NCBI GenBank assembly: GCA_048884785.1
Contig: JBHLQM010000004.1
Span: 1 to 64,000 of the forward strand
Source of the DNA: Candidatus Thorarchaeota archaeon
Lineage (GTDB): Archaea > Asgardarchaeota > Thorarchaeia > Thorarchaeales > Thorarchaeaceae
Length of the DNA: 64,000 nt
Direction of reading: 5' to 3'
Shown: piece by piece, positions 1 through 10,847 of the stretch
Numbering within the stretch: position 1 is the stretch's first letter
Layout: every line of letters begins with the position of its first letter
Made by a program: the position numbers and the translations under genes
The notes under the pieces: model-generated
Told to the model about the DNA's origin: nothing
Seen by the model: the letters and a program-made list of their open reading frames with translations, nothing else
The model's database searches: none

Positions 1-245
1 AGTTCGGTGAAATTGGAGCTCGAACTGGACCCAGCCAACGCATTGAACATCAATATGAATGGTGTGAACCAGAGAATGGGCAGGAATCCCCAGATCAAGA
101 CATTCGCCGGGTATCTGAATGCAATTCTCATATTCTTCTTGGCAAACACAATTGCGGCATGCCAATCCATGAGTCGGGGTTGAAAGTTCGCCAGATACTC
201 AGACTCCACCGCTCCGGAATCACTAATGGTGTCCGAAGTCTGCAT
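1..245 (-). CDS. ABC-2 type permease, N-terminal part (runs off the window)
   Basis: Hand translation from ATG at 245: MQTSDTISDSGAVESEYLANFQPRLMDWHAAIVFAKKNMRIAFRYPANVLIWGFLPILWFTPFILMF...; TAATG overlap with the stop of the ABC ATPase. Confidence 0.8.
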   Translation of the reverse strand, partial: MQTSDTISDSGAVESEYLANFQPRLMDWHAAIVFAKKNMRIAFRYPANVLIWGFLPILWFTPFILMFNALAGSSSSSNFTE

Positions 246-1237
246 TAATCTTCAATCCTCCTGCCTGTAAGTTTCAGAAACACATCATCAAGACTTGGCT
301 CTTTTATCTCAAAGTGTTCAACTTTTACTCCCGGCTTTTCATGCAATTGATTTAGAAGCCTATGGACCATTTCGTACCCGTCGTGCGCAGTCACAATCAG
401 TTCTGAGTGCCCATTTCGCTCGTTGATTGCTGCAGACATCACGTTGTCAAGTGCCTTGATTTTTTCAATCTCCGCCGTTCCGACTATCCTTATGTGGATG
501 CTATCATAGTCACGGACATCTTCTTTTAGCTCATGGGGAGTTCCAAACTTCTGAATCTCTCCCTCGTTTATGAGAGCAATCTTGTCTGCCAACATGTCTG
601 CTTCATGCATGTAATGGGTTGTCAACAGTATTGTCCTTTCTCGGAGTTCGTTTCTGATGAAGTTTCTCAAGTCAGCGGCAAATGTTGGGTCTAAACCCTG
701 TGTGGGCTCATCCAATAACAACACAGGCGGGTCATGAATGAGTGCTCGCGCAAACACGATTTTCATTCGCATTCCATGACTAAGATTCTCAGCTTTCTCA
801 TTTGCCTTGTCAAGAAGTCCCATCATCCCGAGGAGTTCATCAGCTCTCTCTTTTGCCTCGTTCTGATTCATCCTATAGAGTTTTGCAAAGAAAATTAAAT
901 TCTCTCGAGCAGAGAGTTTCCAATAAATTGATCTCTCATTTCCTTGACAGACGCCCATTGATGCTCTCGCATAGGTCGGCTCTTTCAAAACATCATATCC
1001 GTTAACGCGTGCTGTGCCCGATGTAGGAAGAACGAGCGTTGCTATGCATTTGATCAGAGTTGTCTTTCCAGCTCCATTTGGCCCTAGTAGACCGTAAACA
1101 TTGCCTTTTGGTATGTCAAGTGTAACATGCTTGAGAGCATCAACTCTCTCTTTTTCAACTGGAATGATGATTGCCTTTCTGTGGACGCTGATGAACGTCT
1201 TTGACAGGTCTTCAACCTCTACCGGAGCTCTTGACAT
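245..1237 (-). CDS. ABC transporter ATP-binding protein (DrrA/NodI-like exporter)
   Basis: Walker A GPNGAGKTT, signature LSHGM, Walker B LLLDEP, H-loop TTH, C-terminal EPSLDDVFLKLTG. Confidence 0.95.
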   Translation of the reverse strand: MSRAPVEVEDLSKTFISVHRKAIIIPVEKERVDALKHVTLDIPKGNVYGLLGPNGAGKTTLIKCIATLVLPTSGTARVNGYDVLKEPTYARASMGVCQGNERSIYWKLSARENLIFFAKLYRMNQNEAKERADELLGMMGLLDKANEKAENLSHGMRMKIVFARALIHDPPVLLLDEPTQGLDPTFAADLRNFIRNELRERTILLTTHYMHEADMLADKIALINEGEIQKFGTPHELKEDVRDYDSIHIRIVGTAEIEKIKALDNVMSAAINERNGHSELIVTAHDGYEMVHRLLNQLHEKPGVKVEHFEIKEPSLDDVFLKLTGRRIED

Positions 1238-1531
1238 CCTTCTATACTCCCAAGATTATTGGATTGGTTAACTTCAGTATTCATCGTCGGGTAAGCTGAC
1301 TAACCTAGATTAGTATTGTACTCTCGGAGGACCCGAGTACGCGACTGGCATGATCAAGTGAATCAATGCCAGACTATGACTAGAGTTCACCGGTGATCAT
1401 AATCGCACCCTTCACTTTCCGCTAATAGATTTGATATAAGAATTTTCCACTGCGCCAAAAGAACCTCAGCGCTCAAGTTTAAACTGTGCTATTGCGATAA
1501 GGTCTTAGGGAGGATAGTTTCGCAAGCCTAC

Positions 1532-2437
1532 ATGCAACTCACCCCTGATGTTATATTTGGGAGTATCGCCATTCTGATTGGCTCTGCACTCTACGCAGGC
1601 TCTGTAGTGGTATATAGGTCCCAAAAAGATGGAATTAGGCCAGTTGCTATAGCATCGATTAAGATGTGGGTTGCTCTAGGTTTCATGTCTATTCTTATTC
1701 TCCTTCCATTCACGGCCTCACCCCTAGCTGTTTCTATTCAGCAGACAATGCTACTTTCAATATCTGTTCTACTTGGCGCTGTAATTGGAGATACTCTCTA
1801 TCTCATGAGTCAGGAGCGTATAGGAGTATCCCACGCATTTCCTATCTCAATGTCATTTCCAATCTTAACCTATTTTCTTACAATTGCATTCTTGAACGAA
1901 GCATTGATACTCAGTAGATTGGCTGGAGTGTTTCTCGCAGTGGCAGGTATCATTGTCCTTTCTTGGGAGCAGGAAATAGATGAGAATGATGTAGGCAAGA
2001 AAAACGGATTAGACCGCGTCGGAGTTGTTCTTGCCCTCCTGACCGCCGTCCTCTATGCGAGTGGAACCACAATTCTGCAGGTAGGAGTCGAAGGTGTTGA
2101 TGCAGTCGTGGCAACTTTCATTCGAGTGGTTGTAGGCTCAATCGCATTCGTTCCCATCTTCATTATTGCAAAGTTTAGAGGTATGCCTTCACCAACTCGA
2201 AAGGCAGCAAAGTTCGTAGCAGCGGCGGGTTTCCTTGGAATGGCGGTTGGTTCACTACTCTATGTGACGGGAGTAAAGTATGCAGGAGCAACTATTGCAT
2301 CTGTATTGGCATCTCTATCTCCTCTCTTTGCGGTTCCGATATCCATTTTCTTTCTGAAGGAACATCTTACCAGACGAGCCTCACTCGGAGTGATTGCCAC
2401 AATTATTGGAGTTGTACTAGTTGTACTTGGAATTTAG
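1532..2437 (+). CDS. DMT/EamA family transporter
   Basis: About 10 hydrophobic helices in two repeats; SPLFAVPISIFFLKE-type ending. Confidence 0.9.
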   Translation: MQLTPDVIFGSIAILIGSALYAGSVVVYRSQKDGIRPVAIASIKMWVALGFMSILILLPFTASPLAVSIQQTMLLSISVLLGAVIGDTLYLMSQERIGVSHAFPISMSFPILTYFLTIAFLNEALILSRLAGVFLAVAGIIVLSWEQEIDENDVGKKNGLDRVGVVLALLTAVLYASGTTILQVGVEGVDAVVATFIRVVVGSIAFVPIFIIAKFRGMPSPTRKAAKFVAAAGFLGMAVGSLLYVTGVKYAGATIASVLASLSPLFAVPISIFFLKEHLTRRASLGVIATIIGVVLVVLGI

Positions 2438-2453
2438 TATCATTCTTTATTGC

Positions 2454-3404
2454 CTATGGCGCTGGCGCTAATTCAACATAGACTTCAAAGATCTCTCGAA
2501 CTCGTTGAAACTGAACTCTTAGTTTCTCCCCCACTTTCTTTCGAAGAACGGATGCTCTGAGTTCTTCCATGCTTTTGATGTCTTCGTCATTCAATCCAAT
2601 AATGACATCTCCTGGTTTCAAACCAGCTTTGAAGGACGGTCCTCTGGGTACCTCTACAAGGAGTGCCCCCTCTTCTGCATACAGACCATAATTTGCTGCA
2701 ATTGCTTTATTTAGAGTCACTCCAACAATACCCAACCAGGGTGTCTGGATTGTTCCTGTCTGAACCAACTCGTCAAATACATCCATAATCCTGTCAATCT
2801 CAATCGCAAATCCTATGCCTTGCGACCATGGGATCATGGCAGTAGGAATACCAATTAACTTCCCATCTGTATCAACCAGTGCTCCACCAGAATTTCCTGG
2901 ATTAATCGGAGCGGATGTCTGTATCAGCCCTTCAAGTAGAACCCCTTGTCCTCCAATAGACCTATCGAGCGCACTAACCATTCCGAAGGTTGCAGTTGAA
3001 CCCAATCCAAGTGGATTGCCAACAGCTATGGCAAATTGACCTGCTTTCAGCTTGCTCGATTTACCAATCTGAATGGGTTTCAGGTTATCAGCGTTAATCT
3101 TCAGTACCGCCATATCACGGGTTCGGGCTTCACCAACGACAACCGCTTTGTAATGCCGCCCGTCATGCAGAGACACGTCAACATCTCTTACATCCTCAAT
3201 GACATGTGCATTTGTAATTATGAATCCATCATCGCTTACGATAACCCCAGAACCTTGTCCTTTTACGGGAACAACCTGCGAGAAACTAATTCTTTGCAGT
3301 TTGGTCGTAGTGACACTGACGACGCTCGGTATTACTTTGTCAACAACCTCAACTATTTTTTGTTCAAGCGACTGCACCATTCTAACCACACCAACATTAA
3401 CCAT
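2454..3404 (-). CDS. htrA: HtrA/DegP-like trypsin-family serine protease with one PDZ domain
   Basis: GSGVIV, TNAH, DMAVLKI, INPGNSGG, PWLGI..GLKPGDVI; no obvious signal peptide or TM. Confidence 0.9.
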   Translation of the reverse strand: MVNVGVVRMVQSLEQKIVEVVDKVIPSVVSVTTTKLQRISFSQVVPVKGQGSGVIVSDDGFIITNAHVIEDVRDVDVSLHDGRHYKAVVVGEARTRDMAVLKINADNLKPIQIGKSSKLKAGQFAIAVGNPLGLGSTATFGMVSALDRSIGGQGVLLEGLIQTSAPINPGNSGGALVDTDGKLIGIPTAMIPWSQGIGFAIEIDRIMDVFDELVQTGTIQTPWLGIVGVTLNKAIAANYGLYAEEGALLVEVPRGPSFKAGLKPGDVIIGLNDEDIKSMEELRASVLRKKVGEKLRVQFQRVREIFEVYVELAPAP

Positions 3405-3503
3405 TGTGCATATAATGTAGAAGATATCTCTGTTTCTGCTATATTTTTATCTCCCTGTAATGAGTTCTGAAATTGCAGATCTATTGATTGAAGGATGAGC
3501 TGA

Positions 3504-4091
3504 TTGATAGAGTGGCTGAATGTCTCTTCACTCGTTGTTTTCACAATTCTCTTTACGTTCTTCTATATCAAAAGCGTTGGACCCGCAACACTAGAACAGA
3601 AGATTGGAGAAAGGGCTTGGGAAGTATGTGCTAGATACCGTTTGGCCATGGGGGTCTTTGAATTTCTGACAATCGTAAATTATGTTCTCTACTACTTCTA
3701 CCCCTTACCTCTGCCATTGCCAAACCAATTGCCATGGGACTGGTGGCTTTCCTTAGTATTTGCAGTTCTAATCGGGGTTCCTTCGGTTTATCTTATGGTC
3801 AGAGGAATGATGGATGCAGGTGAAGAAACTCTGAAACCAAGAAAAGAACATGAAATGTATGGAGGAATTTACGAACGAATGCGCCATCCCCAGGCAGTTG
3901 GTGAATCAGTTGTCTGGTTTCCCTTTGCCCTTCTTCTTCACTCTACTTTCTTGGTTCTTTATTCATTCATTTTCATTCCAATAATGTACATCTTCTGTGT
4001 CTACGAAGAGCGAGACCTGCTGATACGATTTGGCAAGTCATACGAAGAATATAGACAAGCTGTTGGTTTCTTTGGAAGAAAAAAACCATAG
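3504..4091 (+). CDS. Isoprenylcysteine carboxyl methyltransferase/PEMT-family membrane methyltransferase
   Basis: GGIYERMRHP and EERDLLIRFGKSYEEY motifs; several TM helices. Confidence 0.85.
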   Translation: MIEWLNVSSLVVFTILFTFFYIKSVGPATLEQKIGERAWEVCARYRLAMGVFEFLTIVNYVLYYFYPLPLPLPNQLPWDWWLSLVFAVLIGVPSVYLMVRGMMDAGEETLKPRKEHEMYGGIYERMRHPQAVGESVVWFPFALLLHSTFLVLYSFIFIPIMYIFCVYEERDLLIRFGKSYEEYRQAVGFFGRKKP

Positions 4092-4093
4092 GC

Positions 4094-5023
4094 GTGCTTA
4101 TGCCTCTAATGTTTCTTTATTTCGAAACCTTTTTCGGGCTCATAGTTATCTCCATGGGGAGAAACATGCAGGACGATATTTACACTGAGAGTAGCAAGCA
4201 TTTAGTGGGGAAAGTTAGGGTTTCAGGAGATCTAAAAGAGTCCATCAATAAGGCTGTGAATCTTATTGGAGGATTCGAGAAAGGCTTCAGGGCTGGAGAC
4301 ACCGTAACAATAAAGCCCAATCTAAATACTGCAGATCCCTACCCAGCTTCAAGTGCTCCAGACTTCATCAAGGCGCTAGGTGAGCTTCTTCTCGAAGCAG
4401 GAGTTTCAAAAATCAGGATAGTCGATAGTTCCACGATACGAGTCCCAGCTCGAGGTGTTGCTGAGCAGATAGGTTTGTTTGAGGTGGCTGATTCCCTTAA
4501 TGCAGAGCTTGTATTTCTTGATGAGCATGAATGGGTAAAGGTCAAGTTTCCAAAAGGAAGATACATGAAAGCAGGCTCTCTAGGGCGACCAATTGTAAAC
4601 CCGGGAAAGTTGGTGGTCGCTCCTTGCCTAAAGACTCACAAGTTAGCTAGATTTACAGGTGCTATGAAGATCTTTGTCGGCTGGCTAAAAAAGAGCGACA
4701 GGATTAAGATGCACATGAAGAATCTCGAACCAAAGATTGCTGACCTTGCATCTTACTTTAAACCAACTTTGATAGTAATGGATGCAAGAGAGTGTTTTGT
4801 TACTGGTGGTCCAACGGCAGGACAAGTTGAATGCACTGAAGTGATTCTTGCGAGTGGAGACATGGTTTCAATAGATGTCGTTGGTGTCAAAATGCTGCAG
4901 GCTCATGGGGCCAAGAATAGACTGGATATGGGTGTGTGGGATTTGCCCCAAATTCGCCATGCAGTTGAACTAGGTATTGGTGCAAAATCTGACAATGAGA
5001 TAATGATAATTGAGCAGGATTGA
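4094..5023 (+). CDS. DUF362 family protein (true start probably near 4166)
   Basis: IKPNL, LKTH, TGAMK, GGP and DMVSID motifs. Confidence 0.85.
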   Translation: MLMPLMFLYFETFFGLIVISMGRNMQDDIYTESSKHLVGKVRVSGDLKESINKAVNLIGGFEKGFRAGDTVTIKPNLNTADPYPASSAPDFIKALGELLLEAGVSKIRIVDSSTIRVPARGVAEQIGLFEVADSLNAELVFLDEHEWVKVKFPKGRYMKAGSLGRPIVNPGKLVVAPCLKTHKLARFTGAMKIFVGWLKKSDRIKMHMKNLEPKIADLASYFKPTLIVMDARECFVTGGPTAGQVECTEVILASGDMVSIDVVGVKMLQAHGAKNRLDMGVWDLPQIRHAVELGIGAKSDNEIMIIEQD

Positions 5024-5026
5024 ATC

Positions 5027-7987
5027 CTAGACAGGTTTCGGAAGCCATATTCTAAAATCTGCGCCTTCGCTTGGTCTTCCTTTCACCCTATCTGCAACGG
5101 TTATTCTTCCTCCATATTTCTCTACAATCTGTGTTGACTGATGGAGTCCCACGCCTCCATATCTTCGGGCCATGTCAAAGAGCTCCTTTTTGCGTTTGTC
5201 GCCAATGCCTGGTCCATCATCCGCAATTGAAACAACATAGCCATTGTCTTCTTCTCGCAATGATATCCACACATTCTTTGACTGCTTATTATTATGTTCA
5301 ATGGCGTTAATCAGAATATTAGTGATTAGAAGTTCCAGATAGTCATCGGCCAGAATTTGAGCGTCTGGTTTCTGGATTTCCGTATGAAAGGCTGTGTTTG
5401 CTGACCGATTCTCGAGTGCTTGTTTAACTCCAATTAATGACTTTGCCAGTGACTTTTGTACAAGGGGGATTGCAAGCAAGTTCTCAGTTGCCCTGACCTC
5501 TTCAATCAATCTGGAGCATCTCTGAACAGCTTCTTCAATTATACCAAAGAATGATGTGCGTACATCCTCTTCAGTTGCGGTTCTGAGTAATGTCGCACTG
5601 TTCATGATAACTTGGAGCTGCTGACGTATGTCATGACCCATGAGATCCAAATACAATGTGGCTCTATCCTTCTCCGTTCTGACATCCTTTTCAGCTCGTC
5701 TTCTCTCAGTGATGTCAACCCATACAGTCTGAATTGCAGATACTCCCTGGTAATCAATCACCTGAGCATAGGCTTCCATCCATCTGGTAGCTCCATCACT
5801 TCGAACAAATCTATATTCGTGTCTAGGACCTACTGGCTTCCGGCTTCTCATGGCTTCTATTCTTTCCCGAAGGATATCCCTATCTTCGGGATGCAATAAA
5901 TCCCAGACTGAATCTCCTTTCAGACCAAGCAAGTTTTCAATTGTTCGTCCAACCATATTCGCAAAGGCCTTATTGACATATAGAAATCCCTCATCGCTAA
6001 CCACCGTGAGACCCTGCAAGCTCTGCTCTGCTAATGCTCGGTATTTTGCCTCTGACCGTCTTATGGACCTCTCAGCTTCAAGTTTCTCTGTGACATCTTC
6101 CTGAGTGCCCATTATACCAACAATTTTACCCTTATCATCAAGAAGCGGAATGATCGTTGTTCTGAGCCAAGCATCATTCCCATCGGCTTGAAGCTGCTTG
6201 TCAACTCTATCATACTCGGGTGTGCCTGTTTCTATGACTCTCCGATCTATTTCACGAAATCTCTCAGCCTCTTCTCTCCTCCAAGCAAGATCAAAATCTG
6301 ATTTTCCTATAATGTTTTCAGGTGTACCTGCCCCCGAAACTCGAGCAAAGTTCTCGTTGCACCCCAGATAGATTAGTGCTGTGTCCTTCCAAAAGATGTG
6401 CTGTGGAATATGTTTCAAAACAATCTGGAGCATATCCTGTGATGTCTTTAATTCCATCTGGGCGATTTTTCGATCAGTGATATCTATAACATGGACTTGT
6501 AGTGCCTCTCTTCCACCAAAGAGGATCTTGCTTGAAAAAGCTTCAACCCATCGAACCGTCCCGTCCCGCTTTACCAAACGGTATTCATATGGAGTTGGTA
6601 CATGCTCACCAGCGTTTCGACGTTTGGCTAAATCTAATAGGTATTTCTTGTCGTCCGGATAGATGAGATTCCATTGGGTTTGTGATTCCATTGCTAGGAT
6701 TTCACCAGGCGTGTATCCGACAATTGATGCAAATGCGGGATTTACATATGTATACTTTTCATCTTGAATTACAGTTAAACCCTGAAGAGACTTTTCTGCC
6801 AGAGTCCTGTAATTCTCCTCTGATTGCTTTCTCGCTTCTTCAGCTTTTAGCGAATCGCTTATGTCTTCGAAAGCAACTATCACATACTCTATCTTCTTCT
6901 CTGATGTTTCCATTGGCAATATCTTATACTTGAAGTGGATTTCTTTCCCCCATTTGCTTACATAGGGGGCTCCTCCGGAAATGATAGAACGATTCTCAAT
7001 GCACAATCTGATATCTTCAGAAATACCTGAATCAATTAGCGGCTGGTACTCTAGAAGATTGATTTCTTTTGTATGTTCTTCTGAGGGCGAACCCAAGATT
7101 TCCAGTGCCCTAGCATTCACATCAGTAATAGTCCCATCAGGTCGGCAAGTAAGTATTCCCATCGGAGTTTCCTGAAATAGCGTTCTGTACCTCTTTTCAC
7201 TCTCTGCCAATGCCTGCTCAGATTTGCGCCTTTCTGTAATATCTACCAAAACGCCAATGAAACCATAGAGTTGCTCGTTTTGATCGTATAATCCTCTGGG
7301 TGTTGTGTATGTATACACGGACCTGCCATCTTTGGCTTTCCACTCGACTTCATAGCCTCTGATTACTCCACTCTGACGCTCCTTTCTCCATCTTTCCACG
7401 CCTGACTTAAGCTCATCAACTATCAATTCCTGAAAGTCTTTTCCAACTACTTCATCCATGGAATATCCAAGCATTCTCTCAAAGCTGGGATTTGCATATG
7501 TTATCTTCCAATTTGCATTAACTGTAATGAGTCCTTCATCCATGCTCTCTACAACTTTCCTATATCTGGCTTCACTGCGTTCGAGTGCATCTTGTGCATC
7601 CTTGATTACCGAGATATCTGTGATTATCGCAAAGGAACCTTTGTGGTTTCCAGAGTCATCAATGATAGGAGAACCTGATACTATCGTAGCTTTGGGACTG
7701 CCGTCCTTGGTGAGCCACGATAGCTCATAATCAGACGCCATCCCCTTCTCTCGTTTTCCAATATTCTTTTCAAGAATAATGCGGTTTTCTTCATCGACAA
7801 AACTCATGAGTGATTTGCCTACCATTTCCTCCGGACTATAACCCAAGATATTACAGAACCTTTTGTTCACATAGAGTAGGATCTTTCTCTCGTCAACAAC
7901 TCCAAATCCGTCATTTGTGATGTCCATGAATGCTTGATACCGACGGATGATATCTTCAGGGTGAGATTGACTTGATTTCTCATTCAT
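5027..7987 (-). CDS. Cytoplasmic sensor histidine kinase with 6 PAS domains
   Basis: Six PAS/PAC units ending in DIS/DIT/DVT; H-box LMGHDIRQ; NAIEH, DDGPGI, GGVGL. Confidence 0.93.
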   Translation of the reverse strand: MNEKSSQSHPEDIIRRYQAFMDITNDGFGVVDERKILLYVNKRFCNILGYSPEEMVGKSLMSFVDEENRIILEKNIGKREKGMASDYELSWLTKDGSPKATIVSGSPIIDDSGNHKGSFAIITDISVIKDAQDALERSEARYRKVVESMDEGLITVNANWKITYANPSFERMLGYSMDEVVGKDFQELIVDELKSGVERWRKERQSGVIRGYEVEWKAKDGRSVYTYTTPRGLYDQNEQLYGFIGVLVDITERRKSEQALAESEKRYRTLFQETPMGILTCRPDGTITDVNARALEILGSPSEEHTKEINLLEYQPLIDSGISEDIRLCIENRSIISGGAPYVSKWGKEIHFKYKILPMETSEKKIEYVIVAFEDISDSLKAEEARKQSEENYRTLAEKSLQGLTVIQDEKYTYVNPAFASIVGYTPGEILAMESQTQWNLIYPDDKKYLLDLAKRRNAGEHVPTPYEYRLVKRDGTVRWVEAFSSKILFGGREALQVHVIDITDRKIAQMELKTSQDMLQIVLKHIPQHIFWKDTALIYLGCNENFARVSGAGTPENIIGKSDFDLAWRREEAERFREIDRRVIETGTPEYDRVDKQLQADGNDAWLRTTIIPLLDDKGKIVGIMGTQEDVTEKLEAERSIRRSEAKYRALAEQSLQGLTVVSDEGFLYVNKAFANMVGRTIENLLGLKGDSVWDLLHPEDRDILRERIEAMRSRKPVGPRHEYRFVRSDGATRWMEAYAQVIDYQGVSAIQTVWVDITERRRAEKDVRTEKDRATLYLDLMGHDIRQQLQVIMNSATLLRTATEEDVRTSFFGIIEEAVQRCSRLIEEVRATENLLAIPLVQKSLAKSLIGVKQALENRSANTAFHTEIQKPDAQILADDYLELLITNILINAIEHNNKQSKNVWISLREEDNGYVVSIADDGPGIGDKRKKELFDMARRYGGVGLHQSTQIVEKYGGRITVADRVKGRPSEGADFRIWLPKPV

Positions 7988-8216
7988 AGCAATACATCCA
8001 GAGTTAGGCTAATCCAATTATCTATTAGATTCGTTCAGTATATCTTTTGCTTATCTATATCTCTCCTATTCTCCTTTTTGGCGGGATAGCACTCAGCTGT
8101 TTAGCATCCAATAATGCATTTCACAATCACTAATGGAATATGCCAATAATCCACTAGTCGCTTAGGATACTGCCAAAATTACATTCAATCTTGTAGCATC
8201 CTGTGACAATCCTTGC

Positions 8217-10847
8217 CTATTCGTTCTGCTTTGGAAGCTCCACGACGAATTTTGCCCCCATCGTATGAGTTCCCGGAATTCTATCTTCAACCCAAGTCTT
8301 CCCGTTATATCTCTCAGCAATTCTCTTGACGAGGGTAAGTCCCATTCCTGAACCCAACGTTCGCCCTTTTTCAAGTCTGCTGAAGAGATCGTCCTTCCTT
8401 TCATCGGGTATTCCTGGTCCTTTGTCAACAATTGCAACCCTCACAAAATCTGGGGATTTGCTTGTTTCCACGATAATATCGATTGCGGTTTCTTTGCCTA
8501 TATCAAATTTCAGGGCGTTGTGAACAAGATTGTAGAAGAGATCAATGAGAAACTCATCAGCCAGAACTATGACCTCTTCTGGTTTGAATTTGATATCGAT
8601 CTTTATCTCCTTCTCGGGGAATGCATGTTGCACCAGAAGTATTGCATTTGCCATAACACTATGGAGATCCAAAGGTTGAAGTGAGGGTTCTTCTTCAGCC
8701 TCCATCTTTGATAGCTTTCGGACATTCTCAATCAGCTGAATCCCTCTGCTTACTTGATCCCGAATCGCTTCAGAGTATCTAATGATTTCGGGAGGAAGCG
8801 CTTCTTCGCGAAGTAGTAGTTCCGCCCCTACCAATATTCCCTGATGAACATTATTAATATCATGCGCCATTAAATCATTAAAGAACTCAGCCCTCGCTCT
8901 AGCCTGCTCCAAATCTCTTCTAGTTTTGTTCAGTTCACTAATATCTCTCATTGTTGATAGTCTTGCAATACTGCCTTCATAATGCACATAGTCTACGTTT
9001 AGAAGAACATCAATTTCCCTTTTGTCCTTCCTGAGCATTTTTGCGTCGAAATCTCGGACTTTTCCTTCGCTGTTCAGCATTCTTCGTATTCTTTCTCTGT
9101 CAGAAGGGGCAGTATATACCTCCAATGCTGATTTCTGCTTGAATTCATCTTCGGGATAACCTAGCATCTCTAGCATTGACCAATTAATATCAAGAATTTC
9201 TCCATCTTCTCTAGAAACACCAATAGCGATAGGCGCGGCATTGAATAGCACTTGGTATTTTTCCTTCTCGGCAAGTAATTCTTCATTGGCCTTCTTCATC
9301 TCAGTTGTATCTCTAATACTTCCTAATATCCCCTTGATTTCACCATTTTCATCTTTCAAGAGAGCAGCTGAGAAGCTTGTTGGAAATACCTCACCGTTCT
9401 TTCGTTTGAAGGTATATTCCTCCTGATCAAGAAACCCATTTCTGAAAAGTTCCTTTTCTCGATCTTCAGCCTTTTCGGTTTCGAACATGCGTTCATCAAT
9501 AATCATTCTATAGGATTTTCCGACAAGTTCTTCATTTGAATACCCAAGAAGCTTCTCCGCAGCGGGATTGCATGAAGTGATGTTGAGATTTGCATCAGTA
9601 ATTATTATTCCATCCAATATTGTGTCATAAATCATTTTCAGGTGATGTTCAGAGGCTTTGAGTTCATCTTCAGCTTTTCTCATATCGGTTATATCAGTCC
9701 CTGAACTCATTGTGCCAATAATGACTCCCTCTTTATTTGTAACAGCTTTGTTATTCCATGCAATGAGTCGTGATTCTCCAGATTTTGTTATTACTAGATT
9801 CTCAAATGTATCTTCTAGTTGCACTTCTCCATTCATTATTCTTCTAAAGACATCTATCGTTCTGATGTAGTCCTCCATTGGGATAACCAAATCAAACCAA
9901 TTCCTTCCCATGACCTCTTCTTCTTCATATCCAAGTATTTCCAATCCTTTCTGATTTAGTAGCTGGATGTTGCCATCATGGTCCAATGCCACAAGCATTA
10001 CTCCTGCTACATCTAGATACATCTGAGCTCTATCTCTTTCGTCATGTAGTGCTTGCTCTGTTTTCTTTCTCTCAGTAATATCTCTGATTAATGATTGGTA
10101 GCCTACTGCTTTTCCGTTCTCAAATCGAATGGTATTAGCAATATGAAAATTGAACGAACTACCATCCTTGCGAAGTCCAATTGCCTCGAATCCTTCCTTG
10201 TTATCCTCCAGAGTCTCAAGCCTTTTTCTAAAAACCTCTATGATAGTGTCTTTCATATTTGGGTGAAGCAAGTTCGAGAAATGCATTTCTACCAGTTCCT
10301 CAGGTGTGAATCCAAACAATTCCTTGGCTTTTTCGCCAGCAAAAGTTATGTTTCCCGTAGTATCCGTAAGAAAGAGTGCATCTGCGAGATTCTCTATTAG
10401 TAGTCGATATCTTTCCTCAGAAATCTGAATTGCACTCTGAGAAAGATGCTGTTTTGTAACATCACGAATCACTGTAACAATCTGCTGCACCGATCCGTTA
10501 GTGATCAGAGGAATCTTTGTTACTTCTGTAAAAACAGATTTGCCTGAAATGAGGTTTTCCTCAGAACTTGTATGCACAACTCCGGTGGCAAAAACGTCCT
10601 GATACTCTCTAATTACGTCATTTGAAATGAATGGAAACGCATCAGAGATTCGCTTTCCAGTGATATTGGAATCGAGATGCAGCTTTTCAAGCCAGGTGGA
10701 AAATGCGGCATTCTGGAAAGCAATCACCATGTTCCCATCTATTACATGGATGGCATCACTGAGTGCCTCTAGAATTGCTTCATGTTCAATTCTGGGGTTG
10801 TGAATTTCAATAGAATCCTCAGAGGTCCCATTATGCTTCATGTGCAT
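8217..10847 (-). CDS. Cytoplasmic sensor histidine kinase with 5 PAS domains
   Basis: Five PAS/PAC units; H-box LMAHDINN; NALKF, DKGPGI, GSGMGL. Confidence 0.93.
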   Translation of the reverse strand: MHMKHNGTSEDSIEIHNPRIEHEAILEALSDAIHVIDGNMVIAFQNAAFSTWLEKLHLDSNITGKRISDAFPFISNDVIREYQDVFATGVVHTSSEENLISGKSVFTEVTKIPLITNGSVQQIVTVIRDVTKQHLSQSAIQISEERYRLLIENLADALFLTDTTGNITFAGEKAKELFGFTPEELVEMHFSNLLHPNMKDTIIEVFRKRLETLEDNKEGFEAIGLRKDGSSFNFHIANTIRFENGKAVGYQSLIRDITERKKTEQALHDERDRAQMYLDVAGVMLVALDHDGNIQLLNQKGLEILGYEEEEVMGRNWFDLVIPMEDYIRTIDVFRRIMNGEVQLEDTFENLVITKSGESRLIAWNNKAVTNKEGVIIGTMSSGTDITDMRKAEDELKASEHHLKMIYDTILDGIIITDANLNITSCNPAAEKLLGYSNEELVGKSYRMIIDERMFETEKAEDREKELFRNGFLDQEEYTFKRKNGEVFPTSFSAALLKDENGEIKGILGSIRDTTEMKKANEELLAEKEKYQVLFNAAPIAIGVSREDGEILDINWSMLEMLGYPEDEFKQKSALEVYTAPSDRERIRRMLNSEGKVRDFDAKMLRKDKREIDVLLNVDYVHYEGSIARLSTMRDISELNKTRRDLEQARARAEFFNDLMAHDINNVHQGILVGAELLLREEALPPEIIRYSEAIRDQVSRGIQLIENVRKLSKMEAEEEPSLQPLDLHSVMANAILLVQHAFPEKEIKIDIKFKPEEVIVLADEFLIDLFYNLVHNALKFDIGKETAIDIIVETSKSPDFVRVAIVDKGPGIPDERKDDLFSRLEKGRTLGSGMGLTLVKRIAERYNGKTWVEDRIPGTHTMGAKFVVELPKQNE

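Noticed and set aside
3504-4091. ICMT-like enzyme as a modifier of the Rab-like GTPases
   Set aside because: Neither GTPase has a C-terminal Cys, and the family is widespread in prokaryotes
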